Source of the DNA: Patescibacteria group bacterium
GTDB lineage: Bacteria; Patescibacteriota; Microgenomatia; UBA1400; 2-01-FULL-45-11
NCBI GenBank assembly: GCA_042569595.1
Contig: JBHPHI010000003.1
Coordinates: 1-58,403, forward strand
Direction of reading: 5' to 3'
Length of the DNA: 58,403 nt
Shown here: piece after piece, positions 58,002 to 58,403 of the stretch
Position numbering within the stretch: position 1 is the first letter of the stretch
How the letters are laid out: the number at the start of each line of letters is the position of its first letter
Made by a program: the position numbers and the translations under genes
The notes under the pieces: model-generated
The model's input: only the letters and a program-made list of their open reading frames with translations
Told to the model about the DNA's origin: nothing
Database searches by the model: none

Positions 58002-58054
58002 TTAGCAATTAAAGCGTTCGACTGCTATTTTAGCAACTGAAACAGAAGTGTCAA
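58002..58054 (-). promoter_or_regulatory. groSL promoter with CIRCE-like operator
   Basis: TTGACA (58049-54), N16, TAAAAT (58027-32) on the minus strand. TTAGCAATT-N9-GACTGCTAT at 58002-58028. Confidence 0.7.
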
Positions 58055-58069
58055 GCGTTGGAAATGGGT

Positions 58070-58402
58070 TTAGAGCTTTGCTCTGACGTCTGAAAGGAGA
58101 ACACCTTCGCAGTTTAGGCCCTTGTTGGCAAACTCTTTGTTTATGTCTGACTTGAGTTGGTTTTCAACTTTGGTTCGGTCTGACCTAATCTCTTCTGAAG
58201 TAAATTTGGAAACTGCTGAAGCAATTCTTGATCTACTGAAAGGCCTTACAACTTTACTGACAAAGTTTTCACCGATATTTTCCCAAAGCTCTGGGGCGTT
58301 AGCTTTGTCGATCCTGAAAAGAATAGATCCCTCGATTTCAACGTTTTTACCATCTTTGGTGGTGGATTTGATTTCTTCATCTCCCAAGATTTCTTTATTG
58401 CC
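58070..58402 (-). CDS. SPFH/prohibitin-family protein, 5'-truncated by the window
   Basis: STTKDGKNVEIEGSILFRID...VVRPFSRS...RTKVE...L..V. The frame is open to the right edge. Confidence 0.85.
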   Translation of the reverse strand, partial: GNKEILGDEEIKSTTKDGKNVEIEGSILFRIDKANAPELWENIGENFVSKVVRPFSRSRIASAVSKFTSEEIRSDRTKVENQLKSDINKEFANKGLNCEGVLLSDVRAKL

Positions 58403-58403
58403 C

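Overview
A 58-kb chromosomal segment of an AT-rich bacterium read in the standard code. Gene content and protein style (PilN/PilO, Fn3 and Cys-rich surface proteins, many GT-C glycosyltransferases, divergent TIM, short MetG) point to Patescibacteria/CPR, probably Microgenomates; this is inference. The main discovery is missing from the supplied ORF track: a minus-strand reading frame starting at 13100 that stays open to the left edge. I translated all of it by hand: at least 4366 codons with no stop. In order it has a signal-like N-terminus, a Cys-rich region with an EF-hand loop, about 7 Gly/Ala-rich helices with three Cys-stapled loops, and a Cys-free part carrying a SecA-like SF2 ATPase, an FHA domain, an EExxH zincin-like motif and a PPP metallophosphatase. 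Three upstream genes (two predicted exported) are translationally coupled to it. The rest holds housekeeping genes (lepA, murJ, rpsT, tpiA, pcrA, metG, tatD, gap, pyrH, groSL, tRNA-Cys), a pilus and surface-protein cluster with LPxTG-like tails, two Fem-family genes, a UvrD-nuclease fusion with rmuC, an ECF sigma module and a TreS-like GH13. Cis-elements read from the sequence include a 1:2/2:3/3:4 attenuator-like leader with a uORF before metG, many apparently leaderless extended -10 promoters, a repeated ECF promoter motif, a CIRCE-like site and paired DnaA boxes. No CRISPR array, rRNA or mobile element was seen.
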